Shown one piece after another: positions 38,423-51,815 of a stretch of DNA of 64,000 nucleotides (its first letter is position 1; every line of letters begins with the position of its first letter). Both the position numbers and the translations under genes were made by a program. The notes beneath the pieces are model-generated. The model saw nothing but the letters and a program-made list of their open reading frames with translations. It had not been told where the DNA came from and searched no databases. Source of the stretch: Octopus sinensis (taxonomy: Eukaryota). Location of the stretch: assembly GCF_006345805.1 (NCBI RefSeq), contig NC_043010.1:28458001-28522000 (forward strand), given 5' to 3'.

Positions 38423-41400
38423 TGTCTTTTTATAATTTTATGAAATCTCTTTGTTGGTGTTTGTACTGGGGACATTTAATCTCTATAAAGAAATTGCTTC
38501 CAAAGCTTGGAATCACCAAAGTGGGTGGCCTGACCAACCCTTCACACAATAGCACTTGATGAAATGAGCTTCCATACTAAGATGGCCCACCTTTTCTTGC
38601 ACTTGTCTATACAAGAAATAAAAGATTTCCAACTGATTTCTTTTGATGCTTCTGCTGAAATCTTTCAAGTGCTTCAATATAGCGTCTGAGTCTTGTGTTT
38701 TAGTTGAGTATGTTACAACAAAGAACACAGATATGTAACAGTTAAGATTGATTAGGTACACAATAATATGAAATGTCAGAGTCAGCAGTTGCAACAATGA
38801 AAATTTGTTGTTATAACAGCATGTTGTAGGATGTGAAAGATGAACCATGCATGAAGTTTTAAGAAAGTATTTATTTACCATAGTTGAAAATACCTTGCCT
38901 TGTCAGGCAGGTTATAACATCCGAGAGCATGCGAAAGAAAGTTAGATGTGATAGAATTTGTCTTTGTATAGTTTGGCATACACAAATTGTTAGTAGTAAT
39001 CTACACTTTGCAATAGAATGATGTAAGAGAACAGAATTAGAGCTAGTGGAAGTTGTAGGGTCATGGGATGTTGTCTCACAGTTGCTGACAGTAAGTTTCA
39101 TTTTTCTGTCAGACTATTGTCTTTAGTAGCTGCTTTGCTTATGATCTTGATTCTAGCAGTCCGGTCTCTAAATGATTGAGATGTCACAGGCCAACTCACT
39201 CAGTTGTCACCAAGTAACTACTGGTTGAGTCATGACCAAGTGACTGACTCTTTGAGTTGTCACCAAGTGACTCACTGTCTTTTGCTTGCAGGTTCTTGTT
39301 TTTATAACTATCCAAAAGGACAGACATATCGTTGAGAACAATGGGCTTCGTTGGTGGTACTGTGATATCTCTATTCTAGCTCTTGGTGAAGTAGAAGAGG
39401 TTATAAGGGTCAAGTGGTGAAGACATTATTTCGGCCTAGCTAAGCCATCTGGAAAATGTAAAACTGCTGTCAGAGAAAAACCATTCTTCTGCCATGAGAA
39501 AAGTTCAGTTGAACTGTTAATTTAAATTTAGCTATTGTGGATCAAATCCACTTCATGCTTGCAAGATTCACTACAGATACTTGTTGAGATTTTTGTTAAC
39601 CAAATATTTATTCATTTTACAAACAAAGAAAAATGCTATCATTACTACAAATGACAAAACAGTGAGAAGATTTGAATATTATTGTTCATGGATTGGAGTG
39701 ATTGTATCAGCAGTCAAAATGTTAGCTGGTCCTTGTGTTGCTGTTGTTCATTGTGGTTAGCTGCTGGTCATGCTACTGTCTTTTAATGTCTTTTGTTCAT
39801 TTAATGTCATCTGTTCATTGTTTTTCTATTGTCAACTTGGGTCAGCTGCTGTCAACCATCTGTTTAAGTAGCCAAGGTGTACTGAATATTTAGTGATAGG
39901 CTCAGAAAGAAGTGTGGCAAAAGTTGCAAAGTCTTGACTGGTCAGATATTCTTTGATGATGTGGGTAATATTCTAACAAATCATCACATTGGATATAATG
40001 ATCTGATTGCTAAATATTCCTGCTACAAATACGTAGATGCAAAATTAGGTGAATAGTTCCTGTCTGACCAGGCTTGTCTTTTCAGTGTCTAAAATGCAAC
40101 TAAAACCTTCTCGATCTTCAATTTTTTTTTTACTCGGTAATGTTATTTTCATTTTGAAATAATGTACCAATGACAATCTTTTTGATTAAAGATTGAGATA
40201 TTTTAATAATATTTAATAAAATGTAGTTGAGATAGTTGTAAGAAGAATTTTCAAACAACTTATGAAAGCAATTGACAAGGAGAATAAACATACTGTTAAA
40301 GATTTAACCATAAATTCTGTTTGTTACAAGTTGTTGAATGAAAAGGAATATATTTTACAAAATAAAAAGAAAAAAGACATCAATGCAACACCAAATGCTT
40401 CTATTGGTCGCATACTACAAGGTCCAGAATTTGTGCAGTAGCCCAACTGACCACTCTGTCTGGTAGCCAAATTGGTCACTCCTTTGAGCTGCAGAAACCA
40501 ACCCAAAGCAGACAATAGAGCTTGGTGCAGTCTTCTGACTTGCCAGCTCCCGACAAAATGTCCAACCCGGAAGGAAAACGTTAAATGATAACTGTTGATC
40601 ATGATAGCATACCTTTGACTACACTAAACATAAATATATAAAAAGGACCGCTCTGAGCTCATATTTCAACCCCTCCATGCTCCGCCATTACATATAGGCG
40701 TGCTTTTATTGATTTGTCTTTCCGGGAGTTCCCGAAGTATAGAAAATTCAAGTTTTCTGATTATTCCAAACTCTGTGTCCGTATAAAGGATCGAAAATAA
40801 CTGTTTCGTGTAAAGGTGTGATGAATGTAAGGGAGACAACTACGTCGGTGAGGACATTAATGTGGTTGAGTCCGAGGCGACCATTTCGTTTTTTGATATT
40901 TTCAGACAAAGTGATTCTTGGACTACATTAGACAATGTTCGTTTCTAAGATGATTGAACATAATCTAAAAAGAGTTTTGTCTGACATGCGTAGGTCCTCA
41001 TTTGGTTACGATTTGATAACCTAAGAAACAGGCAGTTTATCTGCCATTGTTGTTTGGCCTGTTTGCATTGAAACCGGCTATTTTTGGCCACAATATTCTA
41101 TCCGTTTATGCTCAAACTGGCCAGATCTGGTCTCATACGTACCCTACAATTCTAAAAACAAACAACCACATCATCGAAATCAGGATAATGCACGATTAAT
41201 TCAAACTATAACGATTAAATAAACATTACATTTGACTGGATAATCTGAATGCTGAAAGGTCGATGGACCTATGGTCAGGGATCATTCCATTCTTTATTGG
41301 ACAATCTACCCAGAAAAACTCTAGCCATTGCATCGTTTCGTTCCCTGAGGACAACAGGGTGTGATTTGAGGGATATTTGGTTACTATTTCTAGCAGGTCG

Positions 41401-42259
41401 AGTGATCATGCACGAGGCTTTAATACTCACTAGTTATAAAGCCCTCATGCTAATCTGTGTCTGGATACCATTCTTTTATACTCTTTTACTCTTTTATTTA
41501 TTTCAGTCATTTGACTGTGGCCATGCTGGAGCACTGCCTTTAGTCGAGCAAATCGATCCCAGGACTTATTTTTTGTAAGCCTAGTACTTACTCTATCGGT
41601 CCCTTTTGCCAAACTGCTAAGTTAGGGTTAGGGATGTAAACACACCAGCATCGGTTGTCAAGCGATGTTGGGGGAGGGGGCAAACACAGACACACAAACA
41701 TACACACACACACACACATATACGACAGGCTTCTTTCAGTTTCCGTCTACCAAATCCACCCACAAGGCTTTGGTCGGCCTGAGGCTACAATAGAAGACAC
41801 TTGCCCAAGGTGCCACACAGTGGGACTGAACCTGGAACCATGTGGTTGGTAAGCAAGCTACTTACCACACAGCCACTCCTGCGCCTATATGAAGGTAGTA
41901 AACTATTGTTGTTTGGCCACAGGCAAGCTCTGATCAAGTAGACTCATGATCAAAGCCATTCCATCTGTGATCATCCAGTCTTTTATTCAGACTATGTGTT
42001 TCTAGAACTACACTGTCCAATCCCACTCTACCTGCTTTTAAGACTGTAAAGTGGGGTTGAGAGAGTTGTGGCTGCTGTTCTTTTTCATCAGTTGAAAATC
42101 GCGTGCAGGCCTTCATTGACATGAAAGGGTCATGAGCTGTTACTGTTTAGCCTCAGGTTTATACTGGTCAGTGTAGACCTATAACCAGTGGTATTTCAGT
42201 TAAGATCATACCATCTTCTTTTATAATGTTCCTTTTCTTTATTTAAAGCAGTAGAAGAC

Positions 42260-42670
42260 TAAGTGATCAAGCAGAAGTTTCCAGAGGACAGTAGCATGGT
42301 AGATATGGTAACCTTATTCCCAGACTAAAGAAGTATTTTTAATTAATTCATGAATACGTATCCTTGTCCTCATCAGAAACTAGAAATATGAGGAACAAAG
42401 GAAATACCGACCACAACACATGGCTTTCTTTTGACTTCACTAAAACAATTTGATTCTGTAAATCACAAAGTTCCATGGACAGTGTGAATCAAACTTAGTT
42501 GCCCTCAAAAATTCCTAACAACAACTCAGTGCTGAGTGGACCACTCTTCACTGACAAAAAACGCTATTTGGGAAAGGTGGGTGGAGTACCTCCACAACAT
42601 CCTGGACAGGCTTTCCTCTATCAACACTTGAATTCTGCAGGACAACAAATGGCTTATGATGATGATGATG
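42260..42670 (+). pseudogene. Highly decayed LINE RT remnant
   Basis: ttt gac ttc act aaa aca (a) ttt gat tct gta aat cac reads FDFTKTFDSVNH with a 1-nt insertion. A (GAT)n tail lies at about 42656-42669. Confidence 0.35.
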
Positions 42671-43365
42671 GTAAAAATAGAATTATATGATGTTGCTGCA
42701 ACTCATTTCTGTAATTTAACAATCAGCTCATGTTGCTAAAGTGAAATATTGGATTGCAGTGTGTCCCCCTTCCCCACTCCCTGTGATATTTACTTATAGT
42801 AAAATGGATCGACTGATTTAAGTGTCCTGCTCTAGACACAGGGCAGTGCAAATGACAACATGTCACAAAACTACCCTTCAGCTGGCTCTATGATATTCTA
42901 TCCACTGATCAAATGGTATCTAAAAATAAAATATATCTACATTTGGATGTAGATGTGGCTGGGTGAAGATTAAGTTTGCTTCCCAACCACATGGTCTTGG
43001 GTTCAGTCCCACTGTATGGCATCTTGGACAAATGTCATCTACTGTAGCCCTGGGCTTTATTAGTGGATTTGGTTTACAGAATCTGAAAGAAACCCATCAT
43101 ATATATATATATATAAACCATCATTTGGAAACAGCTGTAAGCAGGAATTTTTCTACATGAATTTGAATGTCTTTGAATAAATGACGTCTGTATGTCAATT
43201 TTTTCAATTCTCTTTCTTTTCTCATTCATAAAATTTATTAAATACATATATTTCAATGATAAACTATTATACTTGGTTTTTCACTGAACGCTGGTATAAA
43301 CTGGAGAACTAAGATGCTTGTATCCCTTAAGGGACTTTAGTTCTTTGACTTTATATATATATTTA

Positions 43366-43661
43366 TTAAATTCAACTTACATTGAAAGTCAACAGGTAAA
43401 GTTTGCTTTAGAAGCGTTAAGATGCATTAAAAGCTAAAGATAAGGAAATAATTTTATTCTCAAATGCAGGATAATGCTAATAATATAGCTTGAACAGGAT
43501 AAGCTATCTATATTTTGCAGAAAAATTTCTTGGTGGCCAACCATGAGACTTGGGCTCACATCTCTATTTGAGAATAAAATTATTTCCTTATCTGAATCTT
43601 TCAATACATCTCGGTGCTTCTGAAGCAATCTTTGTTGACTTTCAACATAAGTTGAATTTAA
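43366..43661. repeat. Foldback element with about 100-bp imperfect inverted arms
   Basis: 43366-43465 is the reverse complement of 43566-43661. The inner 28 bp (43438-43465 vs 43566-43593) are perfect. Confidence 0.85.
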
Positions 43662-44839
43662 CATATGATAGTGTCTTCTAAAGCTAGATTTACAAATCCT
43701 AAAATTTCAGAATTTGTTGCTGGGTAATTTAGCTTAATGGTAAAGCACTTGATGTAAGTGCCCTGAGAGAAATGTTGGACATAAGAAGCATCGGATGTGG
43801 TGTGCAGGAGAGACGTTTGCGTTGGTATGGTCATGTACTACGGATGGATGGGAAAGATGTGTGAAGAAATGCCATTCCCAAACAGTTGAAGGAATCTGGG
43901 GTAGAGGTAGACCCAGGAAGACATGGGATGAGGTGGTCGAGCATGACCTTCAAACGTTGGGCCTCACAGAGGCAATGATGAAAGACCGAGACCTCTGGAG
44001 ATATGCTGTGACTGTGAAGACCCGACAAAGGAAGTGAGTTCATGGCTTGCAGGACGGCCTGTTGTGCTTACCTTGGATTGTAGGGCGACCTGCTGTGCTT
44101 GAGAAGACCTATTGAGTCAAGTACATCAACATAAAAATAAGAATTAAATGGAAATTGCAGTTGTGATACCCATGACGGTGGCATGTAAAAAACACTACCC
44201 ACACGTGGCAGATGCCAGCACCATCTTGACTGATGTCTGTGCCGGTGGCATGTAAAAAGCACCAGCCGATTGTGGATGTTGCCAGCCGCTTCTGGCACGT
44301 AAAAAGCATCCACTACACTCATGGAACAGTTGGCATTAGGAAGGGCATCCAACTGTAGAAACACTGCCAGATCAGACTGGAGACTAGTGCAGCCTCCTGG
44401 CTTCCCAGACCCCAGTCGAACTGTCCAACCCATGCTAGCATGGAAAACGGACGTTAAACGATGATATATATATATACATATATATATGAAAGAAAGTGAG
44501 AGGGAGAGAGAGAGAGAGAGAAAGATTATAATGTTTATATGAGTGCATGTTTGTGTGTATGTTGCTGTCTCCTTGATGTTACGTGATAGTTGTAAGCGAT
44601 TGTCGCTATCATAAAAGCAGTGTCCTTCCTTTCCAATCTTCCATGAAAACATGTCTGGTCATGGGGAAGTATTACCTTACTGGGAAACAGGTGAGGGTTG
44701 GTGACAGGAAAGGCATCCAGCTGCAGAAAATCATATTCAACAAATTCCATCTGACCCACGTGGGCATAGAAAAGTGGACGTTAAACAATGATCATAATGA
44801 TGATGATGGTGATAGTCCAGCAAAAATATTTTAAAACCA

Positions 44840-45929
44840 ACACCAAGCATTAGATAAAAGAAAAAAAAAAGTACAATATTGAGTGTTAACTTCTTTATTT
44901 AACATTTTTAATCTTAACAAATATAATCTTTAACAAATATAATCGTCGCTGAGAGATTCCGTGTGACCTTTTGCCTGTTTGAGTGCCTCCACGAAAGGAG
45001 AAAAAAACAAAAACAAAACCCTGTCATAAGTCCATTCATTGCATTTTGCTTTACAAAATCTTTTTAAGAGTAAAATTTGATATTGAAATCAGGATATCTG
45101 TTTTTGTCGTCATACGTGGATTGTTTGTTTAAAGTCAAAACAACCATGTAACTTTCGGTGTATGATCTCCGCCACCCGACGTCAACTTGGAACAAGTCAT
45201 TCACACAAGTTAATACATGGTCGAAAACGAAAGAAGCATATTTGAAAATTTGAAACGTAGACTAAACTTTTTGACAGTTTTTTGTACAGTTTGTCGGGCA
45301 TAATAAAAATATTATGATCTTGAAGTAAATTGTTTTAAAATTGCTACCCTCATACCCACTTACACACACACAAAGAGTTGATTTATAGGTCGGATATTCT
45401 TTACAAATTTGAGAACGTCCAACTTATTAACTGATGGTTGCTGTTCAATAAAGTACCTGATACTTGTTAAAATGTAAAATTCATATATTTCTGACGTTAA
45501 AAAAAATTTATAAACGTCAAAAGAACATCAAATAATTCTTTTTTGGGACGTAGGAACTTGAAGTAAATAAAGCTATAAATAATAGCTTGTAAATATTGAC
45601 TTAAAAGCCCTTTAGATACAAAAACTTGAAGGCCTGTGATGGTTACAAAAGATGTGGTTTCAAGTCCAAGCGCAGTTTTCGACTTTTTATATTTAAAGGA
45701 ATTTTTAAACTCAATATTTACACGTCATTATTTATAACTTATCTAAATCAAGTTCCAACGTCTTCTCGCCCCAAAAGAAACAAAAACTTAAATTTTTGTC
45801 GACAACAACAAAAGAAAGTACGAAAACAAAGTACTAACTCTTAATGGCACGACGTATTTCGTTTTAGAAGTTCGTTTCTAATTTTACATTCAACTGTATT
45901 GATATTTTTTTTCGCCATCTGTTTATAAA
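44840..45929 (+). promoter_or_regulatory. Putative ALG13 promoter / 5' UTR region
   Basis: About 1.1 kb without recognisable SINEs and with locally retained CpGs, immediately upstream of the ATG. A YY1-like CGCCATCT lies at 45913-45920. Confidence 0.4.
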
Positions 45930-46022
45930 ATGAGCAACAAGAATAAGACAGTGTTTGTCACGGTTGGAACGACGCAGTTCGACCAACTCGTACTGAAAGT
46001 CGCCACAGAAGAAATATGCCAG
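45930..46022 (+). CDS. ALG13: UDP-N-acetylglucosamine transferase subunit ALG13, exon 1
   Basis: MSNKNKTVFVTVGTTQFDQLVLKVATEEICQ contains the ALG13 VFVTVGTT.FD.L motif. Donor CAG/GTGAGT, phase 0. Confidence 0.93.
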
Positions 46023-46650
46023 GTGAGTTCGTTTAGTTTCCACATGTGACAATAACAGGTTTTTAATTTTATCAATTATAAAATATCGGGTTTTTTTTTT
46101 AAACCCAAAGATTGAAGATTTATTTAAAAGGTTCTCCTGGTTTTTTAGGAATGGAACAGATTTGGTTATTGTGTTTGACATTGATGGCCTTTGCTTCATG
46201 TTATATATCAGAACTACCACTGCCGGGATTTGAAACCCAGGTAGCACGATTCACTTCGCGGAGTGTTTGTTTACTTGTTTAGGTCTCGGTCAGCCTTAAT
46301 TGAAAATAGACTTACGACCAAAAATATTCGAACCGTGGACATCCCATCTTTTTGTCAGGATATAATGTATATAACTTAAATATATTATCCATTTAAAGAT
46401 GGTAGGTAGTGACATGAAGATTTTGCTGCTATTTTTAGCAGCTCGTACGACCACATAGACGATCCTTTTGTTTAACCCTAGGTTAACCCTTATCGCGCCG
46501 ATGATGTTCAAAAACTGCTCCCGTAGACGTTCCGTCCACGACCATTCCATTTCTTTGTAGTGCTATATTATCCAGTTAGTCCGTATTAATTCATTATTTT
46601 TTACGAAAACAGCCGGTTTGAGAGAGATTTGTTCTCTTTGGCACCAAGTA

Positions 46651-46917
46651 AAGGCGCCTGGCTAAATGGTTAGAATATTCGGCTGGCCGTAAACAAGACC
46701 CTTTATTTCACGTTGCTGCTGTCCACTCAGCTGGCAAAAATAAGTTGTACCTGTAATTCAAAAAGCTAGTCTTGGGTCACGCTGAATCTCCCCGAGAACT
46801 GTGTTAAGGGTAGATGTGTCTGTGGAGTGCTCAGCCACTTGCATATTAATTTCACGAGCAGGCTCTTCTGGTGGTCTGATCACCTGGAACCCTCACCGTC
46901 GTAACCGACGGAGTACC
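46651..46917 (+). mobile_element. tRNA-derived SINE family D in ALG13 intron 1
   Basis: Aligns in inverted orientation with 48034-48344 (tggagtgctcagccacttgca, gaatctcccc/tgagaact). Confidence 0.7.
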
Positions 46918-48033
46918 AGCCTGGTTTTGGCGCCGAGTGTTTACTTGTCGTTTAGACCTAATATAACAAACCTGTGATCAAAGTCGTTCCAAACCGTGAC
47001 CCCACGTCTTTCTATTGGATAAGTAGTTCGACGTTAACTGTGTCTAGTTCCGTACAATGATTGACGAACAGTCAGGTCCGTAAATCATTTTCTTCATTAA
47101 CTTCCTGGATTTCAATTTGGCACAGACCATGTCTCTTTTTCTCATCGAGCTCACTTCATACGTCCAAGTGTTTCCATTTCTCAGAATCAGTAGTTCTGAA
47201 CCATGTCTTGCCTATGGATCACTTTGATATAGATGGAGATGATACACCTGACAGATATTACATCATTTCAGTTTGATACCCCCCCCCACTAAAATCGAAG
47301 TTCAAATATGAGTTAATATGCAGTTTAGGGGTTTAAAAATAAATGAAATAATATTGACTAGAAGTGACGACAAATGCTTAAAAGGGCAAATTATACTGGT
47401 TGTTGCAATATATACTTATTGGTATGTATCTATATACATGTGTGTATATGTGTATGTATATATATATATATACATACATACTATACACACATATATACAT
47501 ACACATACATGCATATGTACGTACATACATATATATGTATTTATGTATATATTCTTTTATTCTTTTAACTGTGTCAGTCATTTGACTGCAGCCATGCTGG
47601 AGCATCACCTTTAGTTGAATAAATCAACTTCAGGACTTATTTTTTACAAAACTGCTATGTTATGGGGACGTAAACACAGCAACATCAGTTGTCAAGCGAT
47701 GGTGGGGGGGGGGGGGACAAACACAGACACACACACACACATATGATGGGCTTCTTTCAGATTCTGTCTACCAAATCCACTAACAAAGCTTTGGTTGGCC
47801 TGAGGCTATAGTAGAAGACACCTGCCCAAAGTGCTATGCTGTTGGACTGAACCCGGAACCATGTAGTTGGAAAGCCAACCTCTTACCACACAGCCACTCC
47901 TTCTGCCTATGTATGTATGTGTGTGTGTATATGCATGTATATTCAATAACACATTTAAAGCAGTGCTAGAGATGTAAACATTATTGATTTCACATACATT
48001 GAGTGTGTGTAATCGATTATATATATATATATA

Positions 48034-48344
48034 GGAGCACTTGTCGGTTACGATGACATGGGTCCCAGCTAATACGATCAACGGAACAGCTTGCTCTTGA
48101 AATTAACGTGCAAGTGGCTGAGCACTCCACTGACATGTGTACCCCTAACGTAGTTCTCAGGGAGATTCAGAGTATGACAAGGCCGGCCCTTTGAAATACA
48201 AGTAGGACTCATTTTTGCCAGCTTAGTGGACTGGAGCAATGTGAAATAAGTGCCTTGCTCAAGGACACAACGCGTTGCCAGGAATTGAACTCATGGCCTT
48301 ACAATCGTGAATCGAATGCCCTAACCACTAAGCCATGCGCCTTC
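48034..48344 (-). mobile_element. tRNA-derived SINE family D in ALG13 intron 1
   Basis: Minus strand has A box TGGCTTAGTGG, B box GAGTTCAATTCC and CORE-like gtgtccttgagcaaggcactt. Confidence 0.75.
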
Positions 48345-48731
48345 ACTTATATATACATGTGTGTGTGTATCATGATCATTTAATGTTTGCATTCCTTGTT
48401 GGCATGAGTGTGACAAGATGTGGTAAGCTGTAGGGCTGCATCAAGTTTCAATGTTACCTTTAGTATGGTTTCTGTGGTTCATTGCCCTTCTTGATGCCAA
48501 CCAGTCTACAGTGTGCATTCAGAATAATCTACTAAAAATCATTCAGTCTGTAAATTTTCCAAGTTTTGAAACATTTTGAAGAACACATGTCATAATTAAA
48601 AGAAAATACTTTGCTCGTTAGAAATTTTTTTAAGTGGCCTTTGATGATTAATTAATTAATTTTTTACCAAAATTGACTTAAACTATTAATGTTTCATTAT
48701 ATTGTGTTTCCTCTTGGTACTTTTTATACAG

Positions 48732-48891
48732 AAATTAAATGATCTTGGTTTCAAGAGAATGATTATACAAGCTGGACATAGCAAACCCCCATCGAAAAAG
48801 GCAGTAGCTGGTGTTGAAATTTCTACCTTTGATTTCAAGGATTCAATCTTAGAATATCTCCAAAAAGCCCATCTGGTGATAAGCCATGCAG
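48732..48891 (+). CDS. ALG13: ALG13 exon 2
   Basis: Acceptor tttttatacAG. KLNDLGFKRMIIQAG...FKDSILEYLQKAHLVISHA(G). Donor CAG/GTAAC. 160 nt, phase 0 to 1. Confidence 0.93.
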
Positions 48892-50141
48892 GTAACACGT
48901 CTTCCTTTTAACGAATTTTCTGCTGCTTTGACTTGCATACATGTGTATTCTGTTTCCCTGACGTTGGTTGCAGAAATGGTATGGTTTTAGCCAATATGGA
49001 TAGCTACGTTGTTGGATACCCTTTCTATCACTAGCCACAGGTGGGCATAACACCTGTTTGTCAGCCAGGTGGACTGAGGCAAGCAGAGATATATTCTTCA
49101 TTTACAGACACAGTACAATAATCATTTTATGAAGGCTATGAATGACAGATTTGGCATTTGTAGCTGATGAAGTAAAAAGACATAGAAATGCATGCATTTT
49201 ATGATCCAGTGATGCCATTCACAGCTCAATATGTGTTTCCATATTTGTTTAAGAGGAGAATTCACTCCTGAAAATACTTCCACAGTAGAATGCCTTCTCA
49301 TGTCCAAATGCACTTGAGCATGTTAAGTATGACTTCACATAGATATATTTTACACAGCCCTGCTTTCACTTACATTATTTATTTAATTCTAGCTTGACCA
49401 CACTTCATGCACATCATTACATGTACCATATACTGTTTTAATACGAATAAATTATTGTGGCAGCTTAAGTAGTATCAATGATCTTTCTAAACGTTATTCT
49501 AATTTATAACCTCCTCCCCCTACTCTATGAGAAACACTGCTCTATTAGGACCCGTAATCTTTCTAAAGTTCCTATTTATCAAGGCTGCGAGCTGGCAGAA
49601 ATGTTAGCACGCTGGGCGAAATGCTTAGCAGTATTTCGTCTGTCTTTATGTTCTGAGTTCAAATTCCACTGAGGTCAACTTTGCCTTTCACTCTTTTGGG
49701 GTTGATAAATTAGGTATCAGTTGCATACAGGGGTTGATCTAATCTACTGCCCCCTCCCCTCCCCCAAAATTTCAGGCTTTCTGCCTAGAGTAGAAAAGAA
49801 TACTAATAGGGCAGCGAGCAGGCAGAAACGTTAGCATGCTGGGCAACATTTTTAGCACTATTTCGTCTGTTTTTACATTCTGAGTTCAAATTCTGCCAAG
49901 GTCGACTTTGCCTTTCAAGGTCGATAAATTAAGGACCAGTTGCGTACTGGGGTCGATCTAATCGACTGGCCTCCTCCCCCAAAATTTCGGGCCTTGTGCC
50001 TTGAGTAGAAAAAAAAAAGAAAAAAAGAAAGTTCCTATTTATTTCCCACTTTTTTTTTAAACTCTTAGAGCCCTTGGCCTCCACCTATGGGAAATGCTGT
50101 TCTTGAAGTTTCTATTAATCTGCTTCTTTGTTGTTCCATAG

Positions 50142-50280
50142 GTGCTGGTACCACTATGGAGACACTTAATGAAGGCAAGCCACTAATAACGGTGGTTAAT
50201 GAAAAATTAATGAACAACCATCAAATAGAACTGGCTGAACAAATGTCGAAAGATGGTTACTCTTTGTTTTGTACTTGCAG
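50142..50280 (+). CDS. ALG13: ALG13 exon 3
   Basis: Acceptor ttgttccatAG. (G)AGTTMETLNEGKPLITVVNEKLMNNHQIELAEQMSKDGYSLFCTC. Donor CAG/GTGAGT. 139 nt, phase 1 to 2. Confidence 0.95.
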
Positions 50281-50539
50281 GTGAGTTTCTTTATATTTTT
50301 TTTTTTTAGGGTAGAGATTCCAAAGTTGGATTGCAGGGTTGTTTTTTACTTCTTCAGTTGTTTGTCTTTTATATTTTATGGCTCCCCCGTGGCTGAGGTA
50401 AGGCACAAGTGTTGTCGAGTGGTTAAGAAACTTACTCTCTGATCCTGTGGTTTTGAGTTCAGTCCCACTGCATGGCACCTCGGACAAGTGTCTTTTACTA
50501 TTGTTTCATGTTTATAATTGATGCCATCTAGTGAAACTG

Positions 50540-51240
50540 AAGGTTCTAGTGTGAAAAGGATCCGTAAAAGCATTAAAACTGGGTATTAAACTCTATCCTT
50601 TAAGTTAAGATGATTTTAGTTAATCCTTGATGCGAGGGAGACAAACATAAGCCTCATCGCTACAGCATTAAAGATTGCAACTTCTACAGTAGGAACAATA
50701 TGTCGCAACTGAGGATGAAAATGTGTCAAGGGCTCAAGAAGTGGCTCTACTAACAGCCTGGACATTATCTGTGACTTAAAAGTTTTCCACAAGCAGAAAC
50801 TCTACATCAGGGGTCCCCAGACTTTTTCATGGAATCCTTTACCCCTCATTGATCCCCAGGCATGTACAAGAAAATAAATAGATAATAATAATAATAATAA
50901 TTAAGTAGATGTGCATTTATCGACCCCTTGAATAGTTCCATTGACCCCCCCCCCCCCCAGATGTTGATATCGACTACTTTGGAGACCCCTGGTCTACATG
51001 AAATCCAAATCCAAATTTGAATGGCTGTGAAGAAGTCAAAGTGGAGGAGCTGGTTGAGTTGCTGATGGCCAGAAGAGCAAGTTTATTTAATGACCAGCTG
51101 ATGCTGTTTGGACCAAAGCCAGCTGAGAATACTGATGGGGACACAGATAGATGACCAACTCAACTTCACTGCTAAGAATATAGTCAAAGGGTTGGCACTT
51201 ATAGAGCGAAGTCTGCAGGTTTTTTAGCTAATAAGAGCCC
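50540..51240 (+). mobile_element. Decayed pogo/Tigger-like transposase fragments
   Basis: IATALKIATSTVGTI (psq-type HTH-like) at about 50656-50700. GCEEVKVEELVELL and FTAKNIVKGLALIERSLQVF resemble the Tigger C-terminus. Confidence 0.45.
50808..50991. mobile_element. hAT-type MITE
   Basis: TIRs caggggtcccca and tggagacccctg. The 8-bp TSD is ctctacat (50800-50807) and gtctacat (50992-50999), a 7/8 match. Confidence 0.75.
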
Positions 51241-51815
51241 TAACCACGAACATAACATGTGACTGTGTGGTAAGAAGTTTGCTTTTCAACCACATGGCTC
51301 TGGGTCCAGTTCCACTGCATGGTACCTTGGGCAGATGTGTACTACTATAGCACTTGGCCAATGAAAGCCTTGTGCATGGACTTGGTAGACGGAGACTGAA
51401 ATAAGCCTGTTGTGCACACACACACACACACACACAAGTGAGTGAGTGTGTCTATGTTTGTCCCCGCACTAAACCACTTAACAACCAGTGCTGGTGCGTT
51501 TATGTCCCTGTAACTTAGCAAAAGTGACTGATAGAAAAAGTAGCAGGCTGAAAAAAAAAAAGCTAATAAGTATTGGGGTCAATTCAAGCTGGTGCTCCAG
51601 CATGGCTGCTGTCTGATGATTGAAGCAAATAAAAGATTTTAAAAAATGAAGGATCAAGATAACATAAACGTTACAAAAGGAGTTCTAAGCTGAGCTGTAG
51701 AAAGATGTGACATAAACATCAAACAATTTTCGATTATTCTCATTTTTGCCCTCTCAGGTAGGAATTGATAATGAAGGATAAGGTAGATAATAGTTGTGGC
51801 TGATGCCAGTGGCTT

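Noticed and set aside
38513-39413. Series of minus-strand ORFs with about 27-bp imperfect repeats (gttgtcaccaagtRact)
   Set aside because: There is no recognisable domain or consistent splice structure. It is probably ancient decayed TE sequence.
41621-41633. Interstitial telomere
   Set aside because: Only two TTAGGG units inside a SINE, explicable by local mutation or slippage.
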